Assembly: GCA_963665115.1 (NCBI GenBank)
Contig: OY762007.1
Span: 3,232,001 to 3,296,000, forward strand
Length of the DNA: 64,000 nucleotides
From: an uncultured Rivularia sp.
GTDB taxonomy: Bacteria > Cyanobacteriota > Cyanobacteriia > Cyanobacteriales > Nostocaceae
Direction of reading: 5' to 3'
The translations under genes were made by a program, and so were the position numbers. A model generated the notes under the pieces. That model was not told the DNA's origin. It saw only the letters and a program-made list of their open reading frames with translations, and made no database searches. Positions within the stretch are counted from its first letter, which is position 1. The number at the start of each line of letters is the position of its first letter. Below are positions 44,567 to 55,513 of this stretch, one piece after another.

Positions 44567-47221
44567 TTAATCTATTTTCACCCGAAACCGAATAAAACCA
44601 AAATTATTACCAAGAGTATGGTTGATAGTACCGAGATTACCAATCACTGCTCCCGTGGGATTATCTTGATTGGGACAGAAATTATTAGCGGGAAGCTGAG
44701 TTCCTGGAGCAAAAAAGCTACCGTTATCTGCATCATCGTTATTAGTATTAGCAGTCACTGTATTTGATAAATTCACAGAAATACCGCTACCAGAACCGAA
44801 ACTATCAGCTACAAAACTGGTTCCATTCGGAATTGGATCGCAAAATCTAACGTCTTCTACTGAACGATTCCCATCCGCAAGGAAATACATCGTATATTCA
44901 ACTTCGTCACCTCTTTCTAAGGGTAATTGTGGACTTATATCGAATACTCCTACTGGTGAGATTTGAAACCAACCGGATAAATTATCGATCGGGTCGTTGG
45001 GGTCATCAATGAAAGAATCGAAATTAATCCCACTAATAGGAACGCCATTTCTAAATACGTTAGTAATTCTTTTGAGTCCACGTAAACGTTCGGGGTCAGC
45101 AGGTGTATCGCTTCCCACCTGTACATCTTCATCAGGGTTCGCGGGGTCGTAACTTACACTTTTGGTGGTATTAGTAGCATCAGTATAAGTCGCAGTTGCG
45201 GGGTTATTGTAAACACCATTAGGTGCGTTTTCGTCAATATCAGTAGTAAATGTAATTGCAACGCTACCACCACCAGGAATACTGAAAGCACCAAAATCTG
45301 CAACTTCTGCACCATCGGTTGGATTGCTCGTACTAATACGAGTAGAGCCTCCGTTTAGAGTAATGGTGGGATTAGTGGAAGCATCGAAAGTAAAACCGCT
45401 GGGCAAGGGGTCGGATATATTTACATTAGTAGCTACGGACAAATTTGCAGCATTGGCAACTGTAATCGTATATGTAGCTTTCCCAGGTTTGATAATTGGG
45501 CCTGGGGTAGAAGTAGTTTTGTTAATAGTTAATTCTGGTAGCAGACATTCTGCACCCGAACTAACGCCGTTAGGATTAACAATATTAGAACTAGTACCGT
45601 TACTACCAGCAGTTGCACCAAAGTTTTGACTGGGATCTATAGGTTCGCCAGTAGCACCTGATAAGCCGCCATTTGCATTGACAACTGCACCAGGACTAGT
45701 AACAATAACCCCACCACCACCACCACCACCAGGACCGTGAGGTTCTCTGGCTAATGCGTCACCACCTTTACCACCGTTAGCAGTTACTGTAAGACCCGTA
45801 AGGTTATTATTGAGAGCGGATACTACTACACTACCACCGGCTCCTCCTCCTCCTCCTCCATCAGTTCGGGCTTCTGAAGCACTGGCACCGTTAGCATTTA
45901 TAACACCACTACCACTGACGCTAGCAGTGCGAATAAATGTTATACCACCACCCGCAGCACCACTACTTGATAGACCATCAGGAAGAACGCTGTTTGAATC
46001 GTTAGTCGTTCCCGCTCCTCCTCCTCCTCCTAATACTATACGATTACTTGTAGAGGGAAAAACGGCACCACCAAAACCACCTGTATAATACTCAGACCTG
46101 TAAGTTCTACCCCCCAAACCACCAGCACCGCCATTTCCACCACCTCCACCACCAGCGTTTTCACCGTTGAAAAATACGTCTCGGGGTCTAGGTTCAAATC
46201 TAGAGGGTGTGCCGTCAGTAGCTCCACCACCAGCGTTTCCAGGCGCTCCACGACCGTATGAACCGTTAGGATAACCTTCAATCCCTGTATCTGGTTCTAG
46301 ACTAGTAGTTGTAGAATTAAACAGGTATCTTGGCGTACCAGCAGTTCCTTCACCTTTAGAACCGTTTGCAGCCCTATCTGATGAAGTTCTGTAATCAGTT
46401 GGTTCTTCTGGTGCTACAAAGGGGGGCACAGGAGACAAAGGTATTCCATTAAGTCTTCGTCCACCACCACCACGAAAACCTTTACCACTAACATCTACAG
46501 TCGCGTTATTCAAGTTTAAGTTATCGGCAACATCATAAGCTAAAATACCCCCGGTCGTACCATTCCAACGACTTGCTGTTAATCCGGAAGTAATAGTAGC
46601 GCTGGTATGTTGTGGTACGCGAATCACCTGATAAGTTCTTTGTCCTTGGGTACCAAAAGGAGCATTGCTGTAGGAATTAATCAGTCCTCCTCCATTTGTT
46701 CCTTCAATTGTTACCGAACCGCTACTAGCATCTCCCCTGGCGACAACGTATTCGTAATTACCAGCAGTAAAGTTAGTGTTGAGATTACCGCTAGCAGCGT
46801 TGGCAGATGGGGCAATAGTTTGGATCTCAGTTAGACTGCTGTCAGCAACATCATTGCCATTACCATCCCCATAAGCATCAGTATTACTTGAATCAATCTC
46901 GGCTCCCTGCATTTGAATAACCAGCAACAAGTCGCCATCTTGAATTTGTGTTGATGCACCCGTGGAAGTTCCCACCGGAATAGAAGTTGCACCAGCATTT
47001 ACATCAGCCGTACCGGGGTAATAAGTATTAATAATCCCAGTAAGATTGTTCCCCGCTCCATCTTTGCCAGGTACTGCACATAATCTTGGTGATGTGGTTT
47101 GTGCTGCAACTTGGGAAAAGTTCGCTTCACTTAATAACAGCACTTGATAGCTACAGGTTGTGAATAATAAAGCAAAGCTACGAATTAATTTAGATTTAAA
47201 TGATTTAATCGATGATTTCAT
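44567..47221 (-). CDS. Secreted glycine-rich surface protein with DUF11-type Ig-like repeats
   Basis: Signal peptide, many poly-Gly runs (GGGGGGNGGAGG), DUF11 LTINKT..TYTITVAN..ISDPLPSGFTF, C-terminus GFIRFRVKID. Confidence 0.75.
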   Translation of the reverse strand: MKSSIKSFKSKLIRSFALLFTTCSYQVLLLSEANFSQVAAQTTSPRLCAVPGKDGAGNNLTGIINTYYPGTADVNAGATSIPVGTSTGASTQIQDGDLLLVIQMQGAEIDSSNTDAYGDGNGNDVADSSLTEIQTIAPSANAASGNLNTNFTAGNYEYVVARGDASSGSVTIEGTNGGGLINSYSNAPFGTQGQRTYQVIRVPQHTSATITSGLTASRWNGTTGGILAYDVADNLNLNNATVDVSGKGFRGGGGRRLNGIPLSPVPPFVAPEEPTDYRTSSDRAANGSKGEGTAGTPRYLFNSTTTSLEPDTGIEGYPNGSYGRGAPGNAGGGATDGTPSRFEPRPRDVFFNGENAGGGGGGNGGAGGLGGRTYRSEYYTGGFGGAVFPSTSNRIVLGGGGGAGTTNDSNSVLPDGLSSSGAAGGGITFIRTASVSGSGVINANGASASEARTDGGGGGGAGGSVVVSALNNNLTGLTVTANGGKGGDALAREPHGPGGGGGGGVIVTSPGAVVNANGGLSGATGEPIDPSQNFGATAGSNGTSSNIVNPNGVSSGAECLLPELTINKTTSTPGPIIKPGKATYTITVANAANLSVATNVNISDPLPSGFTFDASTNPTITLNGGSTRISTSNPTDGAEVADFGAFSIPGGGSVAITFTTDIDENAPNGVYNNPATATYTDATNTTKSVSYDPANPDEDVQVGSDTPADPERLRGLKRITNVFRNGVPISGINFDSFIDDPNDPIDNLSGWFQISPVGVFDISPQLPLERGDEVEYTMYFLADGNRSVEDVRFCDPIPNGTSFVADSFGSGSGISVNLSNTVTANTNNDDADNGSFFAPGTQLPANNFCPNQDNPTGAVIGNLGTINHTLGNNFGFIRFRVKID

Positions 47222-47349
47222 AATTGCTAAGAGGGGGAGAGGGGGGAGAGGGGGAAGAGAGGGGAGAGGGGGAGATGGGGAGACAACGGGAAATAATAAC
47301 TATTAATTCTTAACTCCTAACTCCTAACTCCTCACCTTTGACCTTTAAC

Positions 47350-50300
47350 CTATAACCTTTGACCTTTGACTGATTCTTGCTGCTGCGGTGGTGCTACTTT
47401 TTGTCTGCCGAATCCACCAAATAGTTCGTTGATTTTGAAGCTGATATTAAGATAGGGGCCACCTGCGGAACGATAACCTGTAAAATCGCGGTCATCTGCA
47501 CTACCAAAGGCATAACCGACACCAACCCGGAAATCTGGTGTGAGGTAATATCCAGCTTCTACGGCTACACCAAATTCGTTGTAATCTTCCGTAAGTTGAC
47601 CAATCCAACGTCCTTCTACTGCTAAATCTGTGCGATAGCCTAATTGATAATTAGCTCTTAGTTGCGCTAAGTTGATGCTGCTTTTACTAGTAAAATTATT
47701 AGCTAAATAACTATTGCTGTTACGGAAAGCGTATTTACCGTAAAATTCCCATCGCCAACTTGGTGCGTAAATCGCTTCTGCTGAAAGAAGATGATCGATC
47801 GCACCATTTCCGCTTCCGAATAATAAGGTATCGGGTGTTGTTGAAGGATTTTGGCGATATTCGTATTTAAGCAAGGCGTTTAATTTATCGCTTTTAATAT
47901 CGCGATACGCTAAACCGACTCTAAGATTGGCTGTATCTGCTAATCCCTCTAATAGCTGATTTGCTCCACCGGCTTGTTTGTACCTTACTGCTGCGGTTAA
48001 TGCTGGCGAAATTTTACCCGCAACACCTGCGGTAATTACTGTGTTGTTTCCTTGGTTTCCATCACGATATTCAAAACGAGCGTTGGCGTTGAAGTTGGGA
48101 TTATCTGTATATGCCATGCCGATACTATAAGTACTTCCCTCGAATAAACCTAGAGAAGAAGCACTTTGTCCGGTGGCATAGGGTTGAGCAAATTTAATAC
48201 CTGTTGCAGTGCTGCTAAAAATATCCTTAAATACTCGTTCGTAACCCAAATCTAGTTTTAATCCGGGTGCTAAACGAATGCCCTGATTTAACCCTATGGA
48301 ACCTCGATCGTTCATACCGTCGATACCCGAAAGTACCGAGTAGCGTCCGCTGATACTGGTGTCTTCTGAAAACTTATGTTCAACCAGAGTATCCAAACTG
48401 GTGATGTTATTACCTCTTAATAAACCACCATCAAAGAATTGATGGGCTAACCGCATTGTTACGCCAGGATACAGCGCCCAATCTAAGCCAAGGGTTGTCC
48501 GGTTGGGATAAAGAGCATCGCTATCTTCAAGATTTAATTCGTTTTGAGCGCGGAAATTTAAAGACTCAGTTAATGGAACATTAAGACTGGATACTAATTG
48601 ACTGGCAGTTCCCTCAAATTGATTGCTAACTCTATCTTCACGAGAACGATTGACGTATTCAAGGCTTAAATCCGATTCTCCGATTTTTTGCTGAATACCC
48701 GCTCTTACCGTACTCAAAGAGTTATCAACTTGACTTCCGGGTGTAGGTAGAGGTTGGGGATTAAATAAATCGAATAATTCGGTTCTTTGGGCTGGAGCTA
48801 TACCGAAATTTTCTTCATGGTCGTAACCAGCTTTTAAGCTAGTTGTACTGCCAATCTTAGCGGCAACATCTGCACCATATCGAGTTTGTCCTGGCGCAAA
48901 ACTCCAGGTGGCATTATTCGCAAAGTTTTCAGTTACCGAACGGTAATAAGCTTTTGATTTAAAGCCACTACCAATGTTTCCATTCGCTTCTATACGGTAA
49001 GCAGAACCACTGACATCGCCAAAATTGAGAGTATTATGTTGCGATCGCGCATATTCACCCAGGATAAATCCCGATCCAAGAGGGGCATAGAAATCAACTC
49101 CGTAAAGTTCAAAGTCTTGCGCTCCCTGCTCTTCTTTTAAATAGCTACCTCCCAAAAATGCGGTTTTATCTGGGTTTGAATTACCATTTCTTAAATTTAA
49201 TTGCAGTCTACCTCCATAAAGCTGACTATCTTCACCAGCTTCGTTTTGATAAGTAACTACAATGCGATTTACTAAAGTTGCTTCAAAAGCATTTAATTCG
49301 GTAGCGAGAATCGGATTACGGAATAAAATTGTTCCTCTGTCATAATCAATTTCATAATCAGCACCCCGATACAAAGCTTTGCGTTTAACCACCGTACCCG
49401 GACGATTTATTTCTTCTGATTCGATAAAAATGCTTTCGCTACCGGGAATTACAAGCCTACGAGAAACGAAATAATAACCGCTTGTTCCATCGGGAGTAAT
49501 AGTATCTCGTTGAAAACCTTGGATATTGTTGGCAAATAATCCCGTTACCTGCAAATTACCTAAATTAAAATTCCCTTTAAAACCGTGCAGTTGTCTGGTG
49601 GTAGCACTGTAAAGCTGGGATTGTCTGGAAAATTCTTGGGTATTGTAATCACCCCACATGAAATAATCGGCTTCCGCTCCTTTAATATTAGGAGTACGTT
49701 CGATGCGAGCATAAACGCTATCTGTAGAAGGAGCAGTACTAGTTACCGTTGAATCATCACCGTAAACGGGATATTGTTTTTCACAAGATTGAATGCCACC
49801 GAAAAGACGATTGTCACCATTACAATCTTGATTCAAAGGGCGATCGCTGTTGTAAGCTCCGGTAAATAACCATTCTCCAACTTTACCTGTAGCAAATACC
49901 GCCGCATCCAAATCTACAACTGTATCTTTATCAATTTCTTCAGGGTTAACAAAATCGCGGAAACTACCCCAATAGTCAGTACCACCAGCCCCAATTCTTA
50001 AATTTACAACCCCCGTTGCCAAAGAAGGGCGCAAATTAGTCACAAATTCAACGTAGCTAACTGCTCCTAAATCCAGATGGGGAGAAGTCTTTTTACCATA
50101 GATAGTGGCGCTAACTTTAACACTTTGAGCTTGATTCCCTGCTTGTAAAGTAGCCGTAAATTGCCCACCGCGAGCCAAAACTTGAAACCCTGGTGCATCT
50201 GGCTTGTAGTCTGCACCGATGAATTTACCGGCATTAGTAGCTAAAGTAACGATGACATCTTGCTTAATTAACTCGCCATTTTCGTCGGTAATATTACCTT

Positions 50301-51003
50301 TAAAATCAATATTAGAACGTCCATCAGCCGGAATTCTTGGTTCTCCAACGGGATTAATAGAAATCCTGGTTTTTTGTTCTTGAGAAATTACTTTAAGGCT
50401 AACAGGATTACCACCTTGAGCCTGAGCAGTAATTGTATTTTCGCCCTTGGATAAAGGAACGTTATACCAAATTGTAGTATGCAGCTTTTGTTCTTCGTCT
50501 TTATGAACGTAACGACTTAAATCATTGTCTATTTGTTTACCATTTATAGTTAGCTCAATTTTGGCGCTGGGATGATGCTGAATCGCTATATTAGTAGTAT
50601 CAGCAGTAGTTACACTAGCTTGAGGAGTAATAATACTAAGTTCGTTTACGAGTGATGAAGGAGCAGAAGGATTTTGTATCAGTTGTTGTTTTTGCTTATT
50701 TTCTTCAAAGTTAATATCTTTTGATTTACTGCCATTCTCGGAAATCGTATTAATTAAAACTTCCTGTTTATCTTCTCTTTCTACAGTAGGAGTTGCTAAT
50801 TCTTCCGTTTGACTAGTTGATGGCGAGAATAAAACTTCGTTATCGTTTTCTACATCTAAATTTGTTTTTGGTAAATCCGAATTATCTGCTGTATTTTTTT
50901 TAATAACTATACTTTGTGCCGATACGCTGACTGTAGGTAATACTATCACTGCGCTACAAGCAGTTAATATTAAATCTCGCTTGTTTAAACTTAAATTTTT
51001 CAT
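47350..51003 (-). CDS. Large exported protein with Ig-like/invasin-type domain and predicted outer-membrane beta-barrel
   Basis: Signal peptide from ATG 51003 (track start 51042), IPADGRS Ig-like segment, DYEIDYDRGTILF, long amphipathic beta-strand C-half ending GPYLNISFK. Confidence 0.7.
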   Translation of the reverse strand: MKNLSLNKRDLILTACSAVIVLPTVSVSAQSIVIKKNTADNSDLPKTNLDVENDNEVLFSPSTSQTEELATPTVEREDKQEVLINTISENGSKSKDINFEENKQKQQLIQNPSAPSSLVNELSIITPQASVTTADTTNIAIQHHPSAKIELTINGKQIDNDLSRYVHKDEEQKLHTTIWYNVPLSKGENTITAQAQGGNPVSLKVISQEQKTRISINPVGEPRIPADGRSNIDFKGNITDENGELIKQDVIVTLATNAGKFIGADYKPDAPGFQVLARGGQFTATLQAGNQAQSVKVSATIYGKKTSPHLDLGAVSYVEFVTNLRPSLATGVVNLRIGAGGTDYWGSFRDFVNPEEIDKDTVVDLDAAVFATGKVGEWLFTGAYNSDRPLNQDCNGDNRLFGGIQSCEKQYPVYGDDSTVTSTAPSTDSVYARIERTPNIKGAEADYFMWGDYNTQEFSRQSQLYSATTRQLHGFKGNFNLGNLQVTGLFANNIQGFQRDTITPDGTSGYYFVSRRLVIPGSESIFIESEEINRPGTVVKRKALYRGADYEIDYDRGTILFRNPILATELNAFEATLVNRIVVTYQNEAGEDSQLYGGRLQLNLRNGNSNPDKTAFLGGSYLKEEQGAQDFELYGVDFYAPLGSGFILGEYARSQHNTLNFGDVSGSAYRIEANGNIGSGFKSKAYYRSVTENFANNATWSFAPGQTRYGADVAAKIGSTTSLKAGYDHEENFGIAPAQRTELFDLFNPQPLPTPGSQVDNSLSTVRAGIQQKIGESDLSLEYVNRSREDRVSNQFEGTASQLVSSLNVPLTESLNFRAQNELNLEDSDALYPNRTTLGLDWALYPGVTMRLAHQFFDGGLLRGNNITSLDTLVEHKFSEDTSISGRYSVLSGIDGMNDRGSIGLNQGIRLAPGLKLDLGYERVFKDIFSSTATGIKFAQPYATGQSASSLGLFEGSTYSIGMAYTDNPNFNANARFEYRDGNQGNNTVITAGVAGKISPALTAAVRYKQAGGANQLLEGLADTANLRVGLAYRDIKSDKLNALLKYEYRQNPSTTPDTLLFGSGNGAIDHLLSAEAIYAPSWRWEFYGKYAFRNSNSYLANNFTSKSSINLAQLRANYQLGYRTDLAVEGRWIGQLTEDYNEFGVAVEAGYYLTPDFRVGVGYAFGSADDRDFTGYRSAGGPYLNISFKINELFGGFGRQKVAPPQQQESVKGQRL

Positions 51004-51007
51004 ATTA

Positions 51008-51932
51008 TTAACGCCTCTCTCCAAAAGCTGGAGTGACAGCAAAATTGATTCTCGCCATACTTCCAGGAGCTAAACGCACCAAGCGAGATTGACTATTATT
51101 CTTGATTTTGTAAAGATTCGGAGCTTGAATATAGCCCGGTAAACTTGTATAGTCCAAAGTTGCAGTACGATTCCCCGAAATCACATTAGCTACCGAATAC
51201 ATTCCATTGGCATCAGTGAGAATGCGGTTGCCATCATCCATAAAAATTACCGCGTTAGGAACACCAGGCTCTCCCGCTTGCTGTTCCCCATCAAAGTTTT
51301 TATCAACAAAAACACGTCCAATTAAAGTCGCACAATCGGAAACAATTCCGGGACGAATTCTTAATAAATGGCTTGCAGTATTGCTTATAAGAGTTTCATT
51401 AGTAGCTACAGCCAAGTTTCTGCCACTTCCGCGCATCCCATCTGGCGTTACCGTCACGGCATAAACCACACTTAAAGTTTCTGCTGGTGGAATGCTACCA
51501 GCATAATTAATTGCAACCGTCCGATTTTGGGGCTTTGTAGTTGATACCGCAACTTCAGTTGTCGTACTTCCATTAGTTAAAGAAACCCTGCACCGATTTT
51601 TCTGCTAATTTCAAACCCAAAGGAAGGGTATCGTTAAGAGTTAAATTACTAGCCGATACCGAACCAGTATTACGAATTGCAACCCGATAAATTACAGTAT
51701 CTCCAGGCTCTGCGGCGCTTTTATTGGCAGTTTTAGTTATCTGTAAAGCCGCATCTCCGGCTCTGAAAGTCGTACTGTTAGTGTTGAAAGAGCCAATATT
51801 GCTACCTCCAAACACAGCTGTATTGGTAATTTCATCAGCAGTGACAGGTATAGCTCCCAAAACGATCGCCCCAGGAAGCCATAACGATAGTAGAAGGTTA
51901 ATATACCTCCACCGATTTATTCTTAATCTCAT
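51008..51932 (-). CDS. DUF11 plus SdrD-B-like secreted protein, split by one extra base near 51583-51585
   Basis: LQITKTANKSAAEPGDTVIYRVAIRNTG..LNDTLPLG; GRVFVDKNFDGEQQAGEPGVPNA; removing one base joins the two ORFs in frame. Confidence 0.8.
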
Positions 51933-52395
51933 ATTTAATTAGAAATTATTAAGTTGGGAAGGTTTTTTTGTTTACAAATTACTGACTTAAAAACTGTCCC
52001 CTGAAATCAAATTTCTATAATCCCAGCCCAAATCACTCAGACTTTCAGAGCATGAGAGTAGCACTGTATATTTTTAGTTTTTTTACGGTAAATGCTTTAT
52101 CAACTTTTTTAGGTAGATGCAAAGAATACCTAAATATAAATAGTCTCTTTTCGTTTGAAACTAAATATAGCAAGTTATAAATGTAGCGAAAACAGGTTTT
52201 ATACGGAGATATAGATTAAAAATCAATTATTTGACTGGCATAAATTCAGTAAAAAGCCGAAAAATTACTGAAGGGAAATAGGGAACAGGGAGCAGGGAAA
52301 AAAGAGTATGCATTAGCAAAATATGTTAGTTATACAGCGCAATAATCCTTACATAGAGTGTCTTTCAGCTATTTTTACCGATAGGCTATAACCAA

Positions 52396-52952
52396 TTATT
52401 TTCGGGCAACTACAACCCGATTGCCTCCTTTTCTCTTGGCTTGATAAAGCGCTTGCTCTGCAATTTCCATCAAAATTGTGGGTTTGACTTCAATATTAGG
52501 TACGGTGCTAGCAACCCCACGCTAACTGTAATCACTTCTGCGGGTAAACCACCAATACCTGGATATTGACAACTTATCGTTAAAGCTTGAATTTTTTCTC
52601 GGATATTTTGCGCGATCGCAAATGCTATTGTCTCATTCACCGATACAAGTACAGCAAATTCTTCTCCTCCATAACGAGTAATTAAAGTTTCGGTGATTTG
52701 AGAATTAGCAATATTTAATGAAGAAAGGTAGGATGAAACGCACTCACGAATAGTACTAGCTATTTGCTGCAAACAATTATCTCCTGCTGCATCACCATAA
52801 GTCTTGTTATAAAACTTGAAATAATCAACATCGCACAAAATTAATGATAATTCGCCTTTTACATTTGCAAAATTACGACACAATTCTTGCAACAAATCTA
52901 AACTGCTTTGAAAATAAGGTTCTAGCAGTTGCACTAATTCCTCCACACTCAT
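52396..52952 (-). CDS. Stand-alone GGDEF domain protein; one base missing in the run at 52515-52518
   Basis: ILCDVDYFKFYNKTYG..GD, RYGGEEF; adding one base gives VSVGVAST...ALYQAKRKGGNRVVVARK* ending at 52396. Confidence 0.8.
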
Positions 52953-53349
52953 AGCATTGTTATATACAGATTACAATGTATTTTAATATACTGCTGCACT
53001 ATATCTGTTTCTAGCACAAATCAATATTTATATAGCGATATAATACTTCCTAAAAATAAAAAATTATATTTGCATAATGTATTATGACTTAGTACATACT
53101 CTTATACATTTGAATGAGGTTTCGCAAGATTTATTAGCAGCTAAGAGTTAAGTAAAGAACTAAATTTTGCAGTTCCATATCTTAAGAGAACGATCGGATA
53201 AAGCTGAAATTACTATTTTTATTCCGTAAAGTTACAGTCTAATCTTCTAAACAATAGGATAATTATTACTTCGATAACTATTAAAAAAGACACCTATTTT
53301 TAGGTAGCAATTATTTCAGAATAATCCAACTTAAAATAAAAAAGCACAA

Positions 53350-53362
53350 GGGGTTCAGCCCC
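53350..53362. promoter_or_regulatory. HetR-type binding site upstream of the hetP-like gene
   Basis: GGGG-TTCAG-CCCC (GGG-N5-CCC core), an isolated GC-rich palindrome in about 1 kb of very AT-rich DNA, about 570 bp upstream of the HetP-family ORF. Confidence 0.6.
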
Positions 53363-53932
53363 CCAGATTGCTTGCAGTGTTATGATATTGATTTATAAAT
53401 AAATAAGAGGATATGTAAATAATATTGATTGCATAACCTACAAACTCTTTTACTCTCATTGACGAAAAGTAACATTTGCAGCATCCATATTTAAGGAAAA
53501 CTAGCTTTAATCCGATTATGTGACCAAAATCACCATAAGCTGTTTACAAGTCAAAAGGCAAATAAAATTATACATTGCCTCAATGATATTACATAAGAAA
53601 TAATTTATATATACTAAATAGTACATATTTGTTTCCTTTAATTAAATTATTTTTTAAGTATTCAAAACTAAATTCGTGCATACAATTAATCTAATTCTTT
53701 AGCTAGATGACAGCGTTCAATAATTATTTCAATTGATTTATCATATTGTTTTAGTTAAGTGATTATAATTTTTATTAATCCAAAACAACATAATTATTAT
53801 GAATTTTGTATAAAGATTATAAAAAATAGCGAATTAATATTGCGAGAAAAATATAAAATTTGTAATAGAAAGATTTATTTTAAAAGTGTTCCCTTTGACT
53901 CAAAAAGTTACTTTTATAAGCCGTTAACATAA

Positions 53933-54193
53933 TTGAAGGCAATGAATAAGAAAGAAGTTGAAGAAGTTGTTAAAACGATTCTAGCCAGAAAATATTCGTG
54001 GGCTTGCGTTTTAATACTGCGTTTTCATGGATACGATCCTGTGGATTACATACCCTATCGTACCTACATACGATTACTCAAAGAAAATTATCGGATTCAA
54101 AGTAATGATGCAGAGAATACTGTAAATAAATCAGTAAATATTCGTAGATTTGAATCTACCGAGAGGCATTTAGTCAAGCAAGAAAAAGGATAA
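53933..54193 (+). CDS. HetP family heterocyst commitment protein (short paralog)
   Basis: [37 protein letters not shown] is the HetP core motif. Confidence 0.88.
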   Translation: MKAMNKKEVEEVVKTILARKYSWACVLILRFHGYDPVDYIPYRTYIRLLKENYRIQSNDAENTVNKSVNIRRFESTERHLVKQEKG

Positions 54194-54513
54194 TGACTGC
54201 TTGTTTAAAAATGAGTGTAATTTAAGTTTTTGTTAACACAAGCATATTATCTGTTGCTCAAGTATTTACTTTAAGTCTTCAAAAAGAGTACATTTGCTTG
54301 TTTAGCCAAGCTAACCTAATTGAAAAATAACCATTTTGCTGGGAAACTTTTATCAATAGCGTAGTTTGTCATAAAACCTCAATCTACTAAACGCCGAACT
54401 GTACGCAGTAAGAAACTAACATAGAAGAAAGTAAATGAAACTTATAGGATAGAAAATGACCTAAAAATGAGCATCTAAGTCAGACAATGTAAGTAGTAAA
54501 TAATTTACTTTCT

Positions 54514-54538
54514 AGCGGGTATGCAACCCGCTTTTTTT
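54514..54538 (+). terminator. Rho-independent terminator
   Basis: AGCGGGT-ATGCA-ACCCGCT followed by a T-run. Confidence 0.65.
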
Positions 54539-54662
54539 GTAAACTTACAAATAGTCGTGTAATCTGATATTCTAAGCATAAATAGGTAGATACGATAAAA
54601 GCTAAGTATGTAGCGAAATGTAAAATCATAATTATTTTCCCTACCCTCTACTCTCTTCTGCC

Positions 54663-55292
54663 TTGTTTAAAATAAATCGCGATTTCCTAAATATGACTTC
54701 CAGAGATAATGGTTTAAAAAGGAAGTTTCCAACTCCAGCAATACCAGCTAAGGTTTTTCACTGGATTAACATTGTCAGTTTGTTCGTGATGCTTACCAGT
54801 GGATTACAAATTTATAATGCTAACCCAGTATTCGGTGGGCGTGGGGGTTTACATATTCCCCCAATATTCACTTTAGGAGGTTGGCTTGCAGGAGGTAGAC
54901 ATTGGCATTTTGCTGCAATGTGGCTATTTTCGCTGAATCTTTTATGGTATGGAATTTATGTGCTGATTACTCGTAGATGGCGACATCGGTTTGTCAGCGG
55001 CAAAGATTTAAAAGCCTTACAGAAAACTAAAAACCCCAAACGTTTGGTTTATGCTTGGCATCGCATCGCATATACAAGCATTATTCCTATTTTATTATTG
55101 GCTTTATTTACTGGGGTAGGAATGTATAAACCCGCTCAATTTCCGTGGATAGTCAGCGTGTTTGGGAATTGGGAAGCGCTGCGGATTGTTCACTTTTCCT
55201 CAGTACCATTAGTAGTTTTATTTGCAGCAATTCACTCCTGGTTGGGAATGAAAGCAGGTGGAGAAGAGCTTACTGAATCGATGTTTTGGTAA
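54663..55292 (+). CDS. Cytochrome b/b6 domain membrane protein (HupC/YdhU-like)
   Basis: FHWIN, SGLQIYNA, RHWHFAAMW, LRIVHF, IH heme-ligand histidines. Confidence 0.85.
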   Translation: MFKINRDFLNMTSRDNGLKRKFPTPAIPAKVFHWINIVSLFVMLTSGLQIYNANPVFGGRGGLHIPPIFTLGGWLAGGRHWHFAAMWLFSLNLLWYGIYVLITRRWRHRFVSGKDLKALQKTKNPKRLVYAWHRIAYTSIIPILLLALFTGVGMYKPAQFPWIVSVFGNWEALRIVHFSSVPLVVLFAAIHSWLGMKAGGEELTESMFW

Positions 55293-55384
55293 TTCTCGGA
55301 GAATCGCGATCGCAATTACTAATCCTATCCTCCACATTCTATCCGTTTAGTACTCTGCCACATTCATACTAATGGGTAATCAAG

Positions 55385-55512
55385 GTTCGTAGTAGCGCTT
55401 TAGCGCCTCCGAATTCCGAATTATGAGGCGCTGAAGCGCTACTACAAACCCGTCTTCTGATGGGTAAAACATTGGTAGTGCGAGCATCTTGCTTGCTGGC
55501 TCCCACTACATT
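55385..55512. repeat. Composite REP/MITE repeat related to 321-686
   Basis: GTAGTAGCGCTTTAGCGCCTC...GAGGCGCTGAAGCGCTACTAC palindrome, GTAGTGCGAGCATCTTGCTTGCT, and GCTCCCACTACATTT shared with 401-415. Confidence 0.7.
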
Positions 55513-55513
55513 T

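Noticed and set aside
52978..52991. NtcA consensus GTA-N8-TAC upstream of the GGDEF gene
   Set aside because: A six-base consensus is frequent by chance in AT-rich DNA and there is no supporting context
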